Source: an uncultured Chroococcidiopsis sp. (GTDB lineage: Bacteria > Cyanobacteriota > Cyanobacteriia > Cyanobacteriales > Chroococcidiopsidaceae). Taken from it: 55,332 bases of DNA. Positions 9,516 through 19,298 of this stretch are shown here, piece after piece (within the stretch, counting starts at the first letter, position 1; every line of letters starts with the position of its first letter). The notes under the pieces are model-generated. The model was not told the DNA's origin. It did not search any database and saw nothing but the letters and a program-made list of their open reading frames with translations. The stretch spans positions 1 to 55,332 of the forward strand of contig CAXTYC010000035.1 in the NCBI GenBank assembly GCA_964248365.1, in the 5' to 3' direction. Position numbers and translations under genes: made by a program.

Positions 9516-10112
9516 CTAGCAAATGTAACTACTGATAAAGTTAATCACGTCAGCAAGTCCAGCATGAGTTTTCAAGTTGGTAAAGACAAAAGGTTTATCA
9601 CCTCGCATTTTCCTAGCATCCTGTTCCATGATGCCCAGGGACGCACCTACTAAAGGAGCCAAATCAGTTTTATTAATTACCAGCAAATCAGATTTGGTGA
9701 TTCCAGGTCCGCCTTTACGGGGAATTTTATCTCCAGCTGCCACATCAATGACATAAATTGTCAAATCAACTAACTCTGGACTGAAAGTAGCTGCCAAGTT
9801 ATCGCCACCGCTTTCTAGAAACACCAGGTTGAGATCTGTAAACTGCTGTTCTAGCTGTTCAATGGCTGCCAGATTAATCGAGGCATCTTCACGGATAGCA
9901 GTGTGAGGACAGCCGCCAGTTTCAACGCCAATGATGCGATCGCTACTCAATGCTTGCGATCGCACCAAAAATTGGGCATCTTCTTGAGTATAAATGTCAT
10001 TTGTCACTACGGCAATGTTGTATTGCTGGCGCAATGCCTTACACAAAGCCTCAACTAAGGCTGTTTTTCCTGAACCAACTGGACCTGCTACTCCGACTCG
10101 AATTGCCTTCAT
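9516..10112 (-). CDS. ureG: Urease accessory GTPase UreG
   Basis: [33 protein letters not shown]; start placed at MKAIRV. Confidence 0.95.
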   Translation of the reverse strand: MKAIRVGVAGPVGSGKTALVEALCKALRQQYNIAVVTNDIYTQEDAQFLVRSQALSSDRIIGVETGGCPHTAIREDASINLAAIEQLEQQFTDLNLVFLESGGDNLAATFSPELVDLTIYVIDVAAGDKIPRKGGPGITKSDLLVINKTDLAPLVGASLGIMEQDARKMRGDKPFVFTNLKTHAGLADVINFISSYIC

Positions 10113-10399
10113 GCACATTCCCCCAATCAAGTGCTGCAAGCTTAAGAGGATGATTTCAAACAGTACTTTAAATTTAGCCCTAAGTGCTGCTTATTTTCTC
10201 TAATCTTTTACAGCAAGAGTACCTGGTACGGGTACTGCCTTTAAGCTTACTAAAATTTCCACACTACAAACTAGATAATTAATGTGTTATTTGTAACTTT
10301 CTGCGACTCTTAGATTATTTTAATAGATATTTTCCGAAATCTTCTGATTCAGTTTTGTGTTTAACAATAACAAAATCTGAGAGTTTTTGAAGGTAATGT

Positions 10400-10993
10400 A
10401 TGCGTAAACAATCTGTTATATATGTACTCTTAGTTTTAGCTACTTATCCTATTAGCCTATTTTTAGCTTTCTTTTTGAAGCCTGCACCAATTGCTAATAT
10501 TCTAGGATTTTTCGCCTTACTGAGTTATATTGCTACCTTACTCCCCAGCTTAATAAAATTAGTCTTTCCCCAGACTAAAAAAAATAAAACTTTAGCTTTT
10601 CTACTCAAATATCGCCGCCACATAGGGGTTGCCGCTTTTAGTCTAGGATTAAATCATGGAGTTTTACTCATGATAAAACTCCACCTTAATTTATTGGAAC
10701 CACACACTTATATTAGATATTTCCAAGGATTTTCTACATTAACTATTTTTACATTGTTAGCATTTACTTCTCATGACCAAGCTGTTAAAAATCTCAAAAG
10801 TAAATGGAAGAAGTTACATCGTTTAACTTACTTAGCAATCTTTATATTGCCTTGGCATATTCTAGATAAAATGTCAGGACACTGGACATACATAACACCT
10901 ATTGCCGTTTTGCTAACAACAGGAATAGCTACTTTATTTATCGTTAGGCAGTATAAATCTAAGATTAATATGTCTCAAGCAACGAGTAAATAA
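10400..10993 (+). CDS. Ferric-reductase-like / MsrQ (YedZ)-like heme-binding membrane protein
   Basis: About 6 TM helices; YRRHIGVAAF...H, LAFTS, WKKLHRLTY...H motifs of the ferric reductase transmembrane family. Confidence 0.8.
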   Translation: MRKQSVIYVLLVLATYPISLFLAFFLKPAPIANILGFFALLSYIATLLPSLIKLVFPQTKKNKTLAFLLKYRRHIGVAAFSLGLNHGVLLMIKLHLNLLEPHTYIRYFQGFSTLTIFTLLAFTSHDQAVKNLKSKWKKLHRLTYLAIFILPWHILDKMSGHWTYITPIAVLLTTGIATLFIVRQYKSKINMSQATSK

Positions 10994-11027
10994 ATTTATT
11001 TTTATTCATTTGAAAGGATTTACTAAA

Positions 11028-11210
11028 ATGAAAAATAAGCTAAAATGTGTCTATTTAAAACACTTATTCAATAAAAATTTGAATCGAGGATTCACTCGGA
11101 CTGAATTGCTGCTTGTGATTGTAATGACAGGATTTATGCCAGCTCTCATAATGCCTTGTATTTTGCATCATCATGATTTGCACAAAACTCAAATTTATTT
11201 AAGTAAATAA
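11028..11210 (+). CDS. Small prepilin-like protein (class III signal peptide, 60 aa)
   Basis: RBS-like GAAAGGA at 11012-11018. Basic leader ending G|FTRTELLLVIVMTG; mature positions F1, E5, G14 and P22 match type IV pilin helix alpha1; HHHDLH tail. Confidence 0.65.
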   Translation: MKNKLKCVYLKHLFNKNLNRGFTRTELLLVIVMTGFMPALIMPCILHHHDLHKTQIYLSK

Positions 11211-11303
11211 GTTGAGATAAATATTTTTCTTATTAGTTAACTTTAGGTAGGCATTGCTGGGCTATAGCTGTAATTTTCCGGCATATGTTTGGCAGTAAAG
11301 CAA

Positions 11304-11873
11304 TTAGCTTACCTCAGATGAACGCCAGTAAACGCTGTTTTCTCGTTGCATTAACTGGTAGCCGATTAACTCCCGCCGTAGTGTAGCGCAATCAGGATGA
11401 TATCGCTTGATTATTTCATTTACCGTGCTTTCTGGGTAGCCAACTCCCAACTCAAATTGGCTTGCTAACCACTTGAGAATTACTACACGTTTTTTCCGAC
11501 TAGCAGGAATTTCCTTAAGAAGATTGCCATCAAAGTAGTTTTTTAGAACTTTACTTTCCCACGCTTCACTTTCCACATCTTCAGCTAAAGATGCCATATT
11601 ACCAGGGGTGAAAATCTCTTTGCTAATGCTTTGCAAGGCTTCAGTATCAAGCTGGTAGAGGTGTGTATTTCCCTCTGGGCGCATATTCACCAAATTCAAT
11701 TCTTTGAGTTTAGCCAGATGATGGGATACAGTAGGCTCTTTGAGTTGTAAGAGTGCTGCCAATTCTTCTACGCTACACTCATTACGAGCCAAAATACCTA
11801 AAATCTTCAATCGGCTCTCGTTTGCCAGAACTTTGAAGAAGTTGAGCAGGGTTTGAAATTGTGCTTTTTCCAT
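11304..11873 (-). CDS. ArsR/SmtB-family regulator fused to a DUF2087-like C-terminal domain
   Basis: FKVLANESRLKIL, EPTVSHHL HTH; C-terminal IPASRKKR..YPESTVNE..HPDCATLRRELI. Confidence 0.85.
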   Translation of the reverse strand: MEKAQFQTLLNFFKVLANESRLKILGILARNECSVEELAALLQLKEPTVSHHLAKLKELNLVNMRPEGNTHLYQLDTEALQSISKEIFTPGNMASLAEDVESEAWESKVLKNYFDGNLLKEIPASRKKRVVILKWLASQFELGVGYPESTVNEIIKRYHPDCATLRRELIGYQLMQRENSVYWRSSEVS

Positions 11874-11880
11874 TACCTTA

Positions 11881-11923
11881 CTTCTAATTAGAAGTGTATC
11901 TAATTAGAAGGTTATCTAATTAC
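11881..11923. promoter_or_regulatory. Candidate autoregulatory operator of the ArsR gene
   Basis: TCTAATTAGA palindrome at 11883 and 11899, TCTAATTAC at 11915 (16-bp period), directly upstream of the start codon. Confidence 0.65.
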
Positions 11924-12105
11924 TATTAGAAATGCAACTACACAAGCCAGGAGCTAGGAGATTGAGAAGTTAGGAGACGGGAGACACAAGCCGGAAGTCA
12001 GAATATTAATATCTTCATTTCCCCTCTTTGCCCCCCTATCCCCACAACGCGAGTGTCCCCGCCCCCCTGCTCCCCTGCACCTGAAGCCCTCTTAAACGCC
12101 TCTAG

Positions 12106-13392
12106 CTAACTGAATTGTTCGCCTACATCTAAGTTGAACAGCATTTGCAGTGACTGCATACAGCGCTTTCTTGCCTCAATATCTTGTTGCGATCGCAGTT
12201 GTACCATTGGATCGTGCAATATTTTATTCACAATTCCTCTAGTTAAGGCTTCGATCACTTCTTGATGTTTTTCGGCAAATTCTGAACCTAATCGAGAAAG
12301 AGCTTTTTCTAACTCTTGCTCTCGAATAGCTTCTACTTTGTCGCGCAGACAGCTAATAGTAGAGACGGTTTCAAGACTTCGCCACCACACATCAAATGCT
12401 TCTACGTGTTCATCGAGCAGCTTTTCCGCTTCCATCGCCATTTTGCGACGACTTTCATGGTTTTGTGCTACTACAGCCTTCAAATCGTCAACATTGAATG
12501 CTTGCACATTCTCCAGCTCGTTTACATCCCCATGCACATTGCGTGGCACAGAAATATCAAACAGCATCAAAGGGCGAAGTGGCTCCAAAGCGACTTCAAG
12601 TTTTGCCCGATCCAGTAGTGGTTCTGTTGCTGCTGTACTGGTAAATACCAAATCTGACATTGCCAGTACCGACATCATTTCAGACATCAGGTGAATTTGC
12701 AGCTCAGTTTGTGGGAACTGAGCAGCTAACTCTTCAGCTCTAGAACGAGAGCGATTCAAAATTGTAATTTGCAAAGCTCCTTTTGCCAGCAAATGTTTCA
12801 CTAACAGGCGCGACATTTTGCCAGCACCAACAATTGTCACCCTACAAGCGGCTAGATTAGCCACTTTCATTTGGGCTAACTCGACAGCAGCAGAACTGAT
12901 AGATACAGCCCCAGTGCCAATGCTGGTTTCTGAACGAACTCGCTTACCTGCCGTAATTGCTTCTTTAAATAGCCTATTAAGGATGAGTTTTATACCTTTA
13001 TATTGTTGTCCCAAACTGTGGGTTTGTTTCACTTGAGCCAGAATTTGTCCTTCTCCCAACACCAAGCTATCTAACCCCGCTGCTACCCGCATCAGGTGCA
13101 TTACTGCGTCTTGATGCAGCAACATAAACAAGTGTTGCCGTAAAGAATGCATGGGTAATTTGCTGCGATCAGAAAGAAACTGAGTGACTTCCCGAATGCC
13201 TTGTTCGGTTTCGAGAGTAACGATGTAAATCTCTAACCGATTACAAGTGCTAAGGATGGCAGCTTCGACAATATGAGGAAAGCTAGCTAGATGCGCGATC
13301 GCGCTTTCTATCTGTGGCTCTGGAATACTCAGTTTTTCTCGAACTTCTACTGGGGCTGTCTTATGGCTTAGCCCTACAACCACAATATTCAT
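12106..13392 (-). CDS. hemA: Glutamyl-tRNA reductase
   Basis: [39 protein letters not shown]. Confidence 0.97.
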   Translation of the reverse strand: MNIVVVGLSHKTAPVEVREKLSIPEPQIESAIAHLASFPHIVEAAILSTCNRLEIYIVTLETEQGIREVTQFLSDRSKLPMHSLRQHLFMLLHQDAVMHLMRVAAGLDSLVLGEGQILAQVKQTHSLGQQYKGIKLILNRLFKEAITAGKRVRSETSIGTGAVSISSAAVELAQMKVANLAACRVTIVGAGKMSRLLVKHLLAKGALQITILNRSRSRAEELAAQFPQTELQIHLMSEMMSVLAMSDLVFTSTAATEPLLDRAKLEVALEPLRPLMLFDISVPRNVHGDVNELENVQAFNVDDLKAVVAQNHESRRKMAMEAEKLLDEHVEAFDVWWRSLETVSTISCLRDKVEAIREQELEKALSRLGSEFAEKHQEVIEALTRGIVNKILHDPMVQLRSQQDIEARKRCMQSLQMLFNLDVGEQFS

Positions 13393-13540
13393 GTGTCCTC
13401 CAATCTAGGGGCTTGGGGCTTGGGGCTTGGGGCTTGGGATTTTTGTGGCAGGGATTGGGATGATCGCCAGGGAGAACAAAACATTCAACACTCGCCACTC
13501 ACCTCTAGCCTCTAGCCTCTTGCCTCTTGCCTTTTGCCTC

Positions 13541-14578
13541 CTATCTCAGTTGTAGTACCTTTGGTTCTTCAAACATATGAATAGTATCCACAAATCGCGC
13601 TGTTTGGGATTGGCTGGAAATTACCAGACTTTGAGTTCTTGCTCCTCCTTTGAAGAACCGAACACCTTCCATCAGTGTTCCTGGGGTAATACCACAAGCC
13701 GCAAACAGAATTGTATTGCCGGATGCTAACTCATCAGCGTTGTAGACCTTATCTGGGTCATTAATACCCATTGATCTGAGCCGCTCTAAATTACCTTCTC
13801 TACTTTCACCGATCAAACCTGTTTGCACTACTTCTGGATCGTAGATCAACTGTCCCTGAAAATGCCCGCCTAAACAGCGCATAGCAGCAGCTGAAATCAC
13901 GCCTTCTGGTGCAGCCCCAATTCCCATTAAGGCATGGATGTTGGTTCCAGCAAAGGCACAGCAAATAGCTGCCGAAACATCACCATCGCTAATCAGGCGA
14001 ACTCTTGCCCCTGCCGAGCGAATTTCCTGAATTAGTTCTTTGTGACGGGGGCGATCCATCACTACTACTACTAATTCCTCAACGGCACGTCCCAAGCACT
14101 CGGAGAGAATTTTTAGGTTTTGGGTGGCAGATTTGTTAATATCTACATGACCTCTGGCTGGGGCTGGCGCTGCTAGCTTTTTCATATAAAAATCTGGCGC
14201 AGCGAATAACCCACCTTTTTCAGCGATCGCAAGCACTGCCATTGAACCATTTTGACCGTAGGCAACTAGGTTAGTGCCTTCGCAGGGATCAACAGCAATA
14301 TCAATTTCGATTAATTCATCAGGGTTGCAGTATTCTTTCGCATCTTCCCGAGTACAAATACCTACTTCTTCCCCGATGTAGAGCATGGGAGCATCATCTC
14401 GCTCTCCTTCTCCAATTACAATGCGACCTCGCATATAGATTTTGTTCATTCGTTCGCGCATGGCTTCAACCGCCACTTGGTCAGCGATGTTTTTTTCGCC
14501 TTTGCCCATCCAACGGGCTGATGCGATCGCTGCCTGCTCTACTACTTCAATAATCTCTAACCCAAGGGTATTTTCCAC
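13541..14578 (-). CDS. glpX: Class II fructose-1,6-/sedoheptulose-1,7-bisphosphatase
   Basis: [28 protein letters not shown]; start moved to the GTG at 14578 (ENTLGLEII, 345 aa). Confidence 0.95.
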   Translation of the reverse strand: MENTLGLEIIEVVEQAAIASARWMGKGEKNIADQVAVEAMRERMNKIYMRGRIVIGEGERDDAPMLYIGEEVGICTREDAKEYCNPDELIEIDIAVDPCEGTNLVAYGQNGSMAVLAIAEKGGLFAAPDFYMKKLAAPAPARGHVDINKSATQNLKILSECLGRAVEELVVVVMDRPRHKELIQEIRSAGARVRLISDGDVSAAICCAFAGTNIHALMGIGAAPEGVISAAAMRCLGGHFQGQLIYDPEVVQTGLIGESREGNLERLRSMGINDPDKVYNADELASGNTILFAACGITPGTLMEGVRFFKGGARTQSLVISSQSQTARFVDTIHMFEEPKVLQLR

Positions 14579-14881
14579 CTTGTCTTTCCTCCCTCTGCTC
14601 GGTTTGGCGCTGTTTTTAAAGGCTGTATCAGTTCTCAAGTCTACCAAACGGCGTATCCTCGTGGACGAAAAGTATTCACTCAGCCTGTGTTAAGTTTTGC
14701 TGCCTATTGGGAAGAGACTAGGGGTTAGGGAAAGGGGAAAGGGAAAAGGGAAAAGGGAAAAAGAATCAATGAACAATGAACAATAAACAATGAACAATTG
14801 ATAATTGATAATTGATTCCACCTTTCCCAATCAATGATCTAGGCTATAGACAGATAAAATAGATTCTTGATAAGTGAAATT

Positions 14882-15196
14882 ATGTTGGACTTTCTTAACC
14901 CCCTGCTCAATCGCCATCCAGAGCGCGTTAAAGCCAACGTAGAAATATATACTTGGCAAACTTGCCCTTTCTGTATTCGAGCTAAGATGCTGCTGTGGTG
15001 GAAAGGTGTGAACTTTACCGAATACAAAATTGACGGTGATGACGCAGCCAGAAATAGCATGAGCGAACGGGCAAATGGTAGGCGTACAGTGCCACAAATC
15101 TTTATCAATAATCAGCACATCGGTGGATGCGACGATATTTACAACTTAGATAAACAAGGGCAGCTTGATTCCTTGCTAGCGCAGCCAGTGGGCTAA
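14882..15196 (+). CDS. grxC: Dithiol glutaredoxin
   Basis: CPFC, TVPQIFI, GGCDD. Confidence 0.9.
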   Translation: MLDFLNPLLNRHPERVKANVEIYTWQTCPFCIRAKMLLWWKGVNFTEYKIDGDDAARNSMSERANGRRTVPQIFINNQHIGGCDDIYNLDKQGQLDSLLAQPVG

Positions 15197-15201
15197 ACAG
15201 T

Positions 15202-15729
15202 GTGAATGATTTATCACCACCAATAATTACTCATCGGGAGTATCTCATTCACAGACACTGGATGAGGAGGGCGATCGCCCTTGCTCAGAGTGCAGGTGCA
15301 GCAGGTGAAGTCCCCGTCGGTGCAGTGATTGTTGATGCAACTGGCAACCCTATTGCCTGTTTGGAAAATCGGCGGGAACGGGATAAAGATCCAACAGCTC
15401 ATGCAGAAATTTTAGCTCTACGGGCTGCTGGTCAATTGCTGCACTCCTGGCATCTGGACAGTTGCACCCTGTATGTCACCTTGGAACCTTGCCCAATGTG
15501 TGCAGGTGCGATCGTGCAAGCAAGATTAGGTCTTCTAGTCTATGGCGCAGACGATCCGAAAACTGGTGCTATTCGTACAGTTGCTAACATTCCTGATAGC
15601 CCCACATCCTATCATCGTCTACCTGTACTTGGCGGCATCTTAGAATCTACCTGTCGTCAACAATTACAAACCTGGTTCACAGAAAAAAGGATGAAGGCTA
15701 AAGGCAAAAAAAAGAAGGATAAAGGTTGA
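15202..15729 (+). CDS. tadA: tRNA adenosine(34) deaminase
   Basis: EVPVGAV, DPTAHAE, TLEPCPMC, DPKTGA. Confidence 0.92.
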   Translation: MNDLSPPIITHREYLIHRHWMRRAIALAQSAGAAGEVPVGAVIVDATGNPIACLENRRERDKDPTAHAEILALRAAGQLLHSWHLDSCTLYVTLEPCPMCAGAIVQARLGLLVYGADDPKTGAIRTVANIPDSPTSYHRLPVLGGILESTCRQQLQTWFTEKRMKAKGKKKKDKG

Positions 15730-15946
15730 AATTTCAACCTTTATCCTTCATACTTCACACTTCATACTTTATCATTCCCCTTTTCCCTTTAGTTCCTCTA
15801 GCCTCTGGTTCCTCTAGCCCCTGGTTTCTCTAGCCTGATGACGCTGCTAAAAGTGTCCTTAGAGAGAACATAACTCGAACAAAAAAAATTACGGTGGAAT
15901 AAAGATAGCTTTGCAATCCTTGTTTGTTCAATAAGCAGCCACCCTT

Positions 15947-16708
15947 ATGATTCAGTTGGATTCACCCTTACACACTTCTATCGCAGTCCAAAAGACTACC
16001 AGTGAAACTGCAAATACTAGCAAGGTGGCTCCCTATACCTCGCGTGTTTCACCTTGGTTAACTCCTGCTGTGTATTTCTTAGGTCGTCACATTGTTTTCC
16101 CATTTTACTTTGGGCAAATTGAAGTAACTGGACAGGAAAATCTACCTGCTAAAGGTTCTGTTATCCTGGCTCCTACCCATCGCTCCTATTGGGATTCGTT
16201 GTTACTAGCGTCTGCAACGGGTCGGGGTGTTACAGGACGAGATCCACGATTTATGGTATCGGTCGATCACTGCAAAGGACTAAAAGGCTGGTTTATTGAG
16301 CGCCTGGGAGGATTCCCAGTTGATACAAAGCGCCCAGCTATCACTACCCTGCGGCATGGAGTTGAAATCCTCCAGCAAAAAGAAATGCTAGTCATCTTTC
16401 CCGAAGGTGACATCTATCGTGATGGTTATGTACATCCGCTTAAGCCTGGAATCGGTCGTTTAGCGTTGAGCGCCCAATTAAGCCAACCAGGATTAGACGT
16501 AAAAATCATACCCATTGGTATTAGTTATAACCAAACTTACCCTACATGGGGCTGCAATGTTAATTTGCGTATCGGTTCTCCCCTACAAGTTGCAGATTAC
16601 AGCACAGGTTCGATTAAACAAGACGCTAAACATTTAACACAAGATTTAGAATTAGCACTTAAACAACTAGTTGGTCAAATAAAAGAACCAGATGAGGGGA
16701 ACAAGTAA
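15947..16708 (+). CDS. plsC: Lysophospholipid / 1-acyl-G3P acyltransferase family protein
   Basis: HRSYWD (HX4D) and IFPEG motifs. Confidence 0.8.
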   Translation: MIQLDSPLHTSIAVQKTTSETANTSKVAPYTSRVSPWLTPAVYFLGRHIVFPFYFGQIEVTGQENLPAKGSVILAPTHRSYWDSLLLASATGRGVTGRDPRFMVSVDHCKGLKGWFIERLGGFPVDTKRPAITTLRHGVEILQQKEMLVIFPEGDIYRDGYVHPLKPGIGRLALSAQLSQPGLDVKIIPIGISYNQTYPTWGCNVNLRIGSPLQVADYSTGSIKQDAKHLTQDLELALKQLVGQIKEPDEGNK

Positions 16709-16761
16709 AGCGGATTTTGAGTCCCCCGTGGGTAGTGAGAAACAAAGGGCTGCTGATGAGC

Positions 16762-16790
16762 GCGTTAGCGAAGCTTAACGAAGTTATCGC
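16762..16790. mobile_element. HIP1 site split by a 21-nt insert (SDR5-like)
   Basis: GCG + TTAGCGAAGCTTAACGAAGTT + ATCGC. Confidence 0.7.
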
Positions 16791-16861
16791 CCCTTTGGGA
16801 GGTAAGATACCCGAAGTTTAAATCGGTCTTGTGTTCTCTCATAGCACTATTAGGTTAAGCC

Positions 16862-17548
16862 ATGAATTCTGTTGGAACCAAACGCTTCCTCTGCAACAGC
16901 TGTCTGACTTTTATCCCAATAATGGCAGTCCTAACATTACTATCGCCACTAAATGCCCAAACCCCTGCACCAAAGACACCAGATAACGCCAATCAATCAC
17001 AACCACTCGATTCAAAAAACCCTAATATCCTCCAGCCTACGGCTCAAAATAATAGCCTTTTGAGCGTAGCAGGAGGACAGCGTTTGATGAGTGAAGCTAG
17101 TAGCGCGATTTCTTCCCAAGATTACCCCTCGGCTGTGAAGAAACTTCAAGAAGCTCGGCAAGTTTTCAATCAAATCTCCAATTTCTATCAACAGCTTGCT
17201 ACTAGCTTTTCAGGAATTGACAACAGAATTGCAGATTCTCAACGTAAGAAGGCACTTGAAACAGCCCAAATGCGCGATGATGCTACCTATCAATTAGCAT
17301 TGGTACACAGAGCGCAAAATAAACCGGAACTAGCTGTGCCTTTGTTAGTTCAAATTATCAACAGTCAAAACCCAACACGGGATTTAGGCAAGAAAGCATA
17401 CCAGCAGTTATTCGAGTTGGGGTTTGTTGATTCAGCCTATCCTAGAGCAGGCAATACTACTATAGAAGAGGCTCCTAAACGTAGTGAAGCGAATCCCGCA
17501 CAGCCATCTGAAAATACACCCCCCCAACCGTCGCAGCAAAAACGTTAG
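16862..17548 (+). CDS. Exported helical (TPR-like) hypothetical protein
   Basis: Signal-peptide-like N-terminus (..PLNA|Q), amphipathic helices, Pro-rich ends. Confidence 0.75.
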   Translation: MNSVGTKRFLCNSCLTFIPIMAVLTLLSPLNAQTPAPKTPDNANQSQPLDSKNPNILQPTAQNNSLLSVAGGQRLMSEASSAISSQDYPSAVKKLQEARQVFNQISNFYQQLATSFSGIDNRIADSQRKKALETAQMRDDATYQLALVHRAQNKPELAVPLLVQIINSQNPTRDLGKKAYQQLFELGFVDSAYPRAGNTTIEEAPKRSEANPAQPSENTPPQPSQQKR

Positions 17549-17617
17549 CACTCTTTTGGAGTCAATCTCCTCAACAAAACAGTTAAATTAGAAATAGACA
17601 CCAACATTCAAGGGATT

Positions 17618-17881
17618 GTGATGATTAGTCCTGGGCAGGTTGAGGAAATGATTTTAGCGGCAATACCAGACGCTCAAGTTCAGGTACAAGACTTAACTGG
17701 TGGTGGCGATCATTATCAAGTCGTAGTGGTTTCATCCCAGTTTGAGGGTAAGGCAAAAGTGCAACAACACCAACTAGTCTATGGTTCCCTGCGCGAAGCT
17801 ATGTCCTCTGAAGCTATTCATGCTTTGGCATTAAAAACTTATACACCCCAAGCTTGGCAGACAGCTAGCCCAGTTGTCTAA
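17618..17881 (+). CDS. bolA: BolA family protein
   Basis: GGGDHY, HQLVY, IHAL; next to monothiol Grx. Confidence 0.92.
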   Translation: MMISPGQVEEMILAAIPDAQVQVQDLTGGGDHYQVVVVSSQFEGKAKVQQHQLVYGSLREAMSSEAIHALALKTYTPQAWQTASPVV

Positions 17882-18031
17882 GCTATAGCAAAGTGCGCGT
17901 CGCGTGAATATTGCATTGTGACTGCCCTTATCAATGAACAATGAACAATTATCAATGGATATCTTACTAACAGATAAACGTTTATTGATAATTGATAATT
18001 GACTAATACTTAGATAGGAAAACCAAGAACC

Positions 18032-18355
18032 ATGACTCCAGAAGTAAAAGAACGAATTGACAATTTAGTTAAGCAAAACAAAATAATGGTTTTCATGAAG
18101 GGTTCAAAGTTGATGCCCCAGTGTGGTTTTTCTAATAATGTTGTGCAAATTCTCAATACACTGGGAGTTCCCTTTGAGACAGTTGATATTTTGGCAGACA
18201 ACGACCTGCGTCAAGGAATTAAAGAGTATTCCAACTGGCCCACAATTCCCCAAGTTTATATTAACGGTGAGTTTGTTGGTGGGTCAGATATTCTGATAGA
18301 AATGTACCAAAATGGTGAGTTACAACAGATGGTAGAAGTTGCTCTAGCTTCTTAA
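18032..18355 (+). CDS. grxD: Monothiol glutaredoxin Grx4
   Basis: CGFS, WPTIPQ, GGSD. Confidence 0.95.
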   Translation: MTPEVKERIDNLVKQNKIMVFMKGSKLMPQCGFSNNVVQILNTLGVPFETVDILADNDLRQGIKEYSNWPTIPQVYINGEFVGGSDILIEMYQNGELQQMVEVALAS

Positions 18356-18412
18356 AGTTTGTTTTTTCTAACATAATAATCCCTGAAATTCTGAGGGAGT
18401 GTTACCAGAATC

Positions 18413-19186
18413 TCAGGGATTATTTATATCGTTCATTTTTACTAATTCCGATTTTTGCTCCCAATTAAGTATTGCAGTCGCTTCTTTTAAAAGCTCATTC
18501 TGCTCGTTTTGAATTTCCTCTAATCTGTTTGAAATTTCTAATAGTCGCTGCTTATTATTTTGAACAAATTCAAAATTTGATTGTAAATTTGATGGTAGAA
18601 TTGATAATTGAGTATTTTTATTTGCTATCAATGGTTGAATCATTAAACTACCGAATTTGCCGAGTGATTGAGAACTAATTTTGAGAAAAAATTGACCTAG
18701 CTTGAGTGGTGCTTGTAGTATTGTTAACCAAGCTTTCTCAAATAGGCTACCGATCGCTTTAATTAAACTCCAGGCGATCGCCAAGCCAAAAAGCAGAATA
18801 ACCAGGCTCAAAATTGGGTGATTAGTACCCCAAGCTAGCAGTTGCACTATCCGTAAAACTGCTGGATGCTCCACAAGCCAATCACTTAGAGAAGAACTAA
18901 TTGCCGTTTGAATTGCATCAGATGTTGTACTCTTGATTTGCCCAGTTGTGTGCAATGTCTGTTCTAAAGAATCTTTCTTTTTCCCGATATCTTCCACAAT
19001 AAAGACTTGCGCCTGTTGTGTGATCGCATTTACCTTATCAACCGCTTTATCAGTGGTTTCTATTAGGTTCGCTTTTGCCTGCTGCGTCTTTTCTCCAAAA
19101 GTATCAGCAGCAGAGGTTAACAAATCTTTTATGTGAAAGCTACCAAAAATATTAGATACATTACTATCGCCTGCTTGAGAAATCAT
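18413..19186 (-). CDS. Hypothetical membrane protein with a C-terminal coiled coil
   Basis: 257-aa ORF with a central hydrophobic helix and heptad-rich C-terminus. Confidence 0.7.
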   Translation of the reverse strand: MISQAGDSNVSNIFGSFHIKDLLTSAADTFGEKTQQAKANLIETTDKAVDKVNAITQQAQVFIVEDIGKKKDSLEQTLHTTGQIKSTTSDAIQTAISSSLSDWLVEHPAVLRIVQLLAWGTNHPILSLVILLFGLAIAWSLIKAIGSLFEKAWLTILQAPLKLGQFFLKISSQSLGKFGSLMIQPLIANKNTQLSILPSNLQSNFEFVQNNKQRLLEISNRLEEIQNEQNELLKEATAILNWEQKSELVKMNDINNP

Positions 19187-19298
19187 ACTGAATGCACCAT
19201 AGAGATTGTCCTATCTCAAGCGTAGATCTGTAAAATGTATTGTGGCATGAGTAATTAATAAAGGCAGAGCCTCTTTCTCGTAACCAGACTGAGTTAGG

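Noticed and set aside
10274..10291. Fur box upstream of the ferric-reductase-like gene (GATAATTAATGTGTTATT)
   Set aside because: Only a partial match with off spacing in very AT-rich DNA; not distinguishable from chance.
14579..14647. N-terminal extension of GlpX in the ORF track
   Set aside because: The family begins at (M)ENTLGLEII; the GTG at 14578 has GGAGGA upstream.
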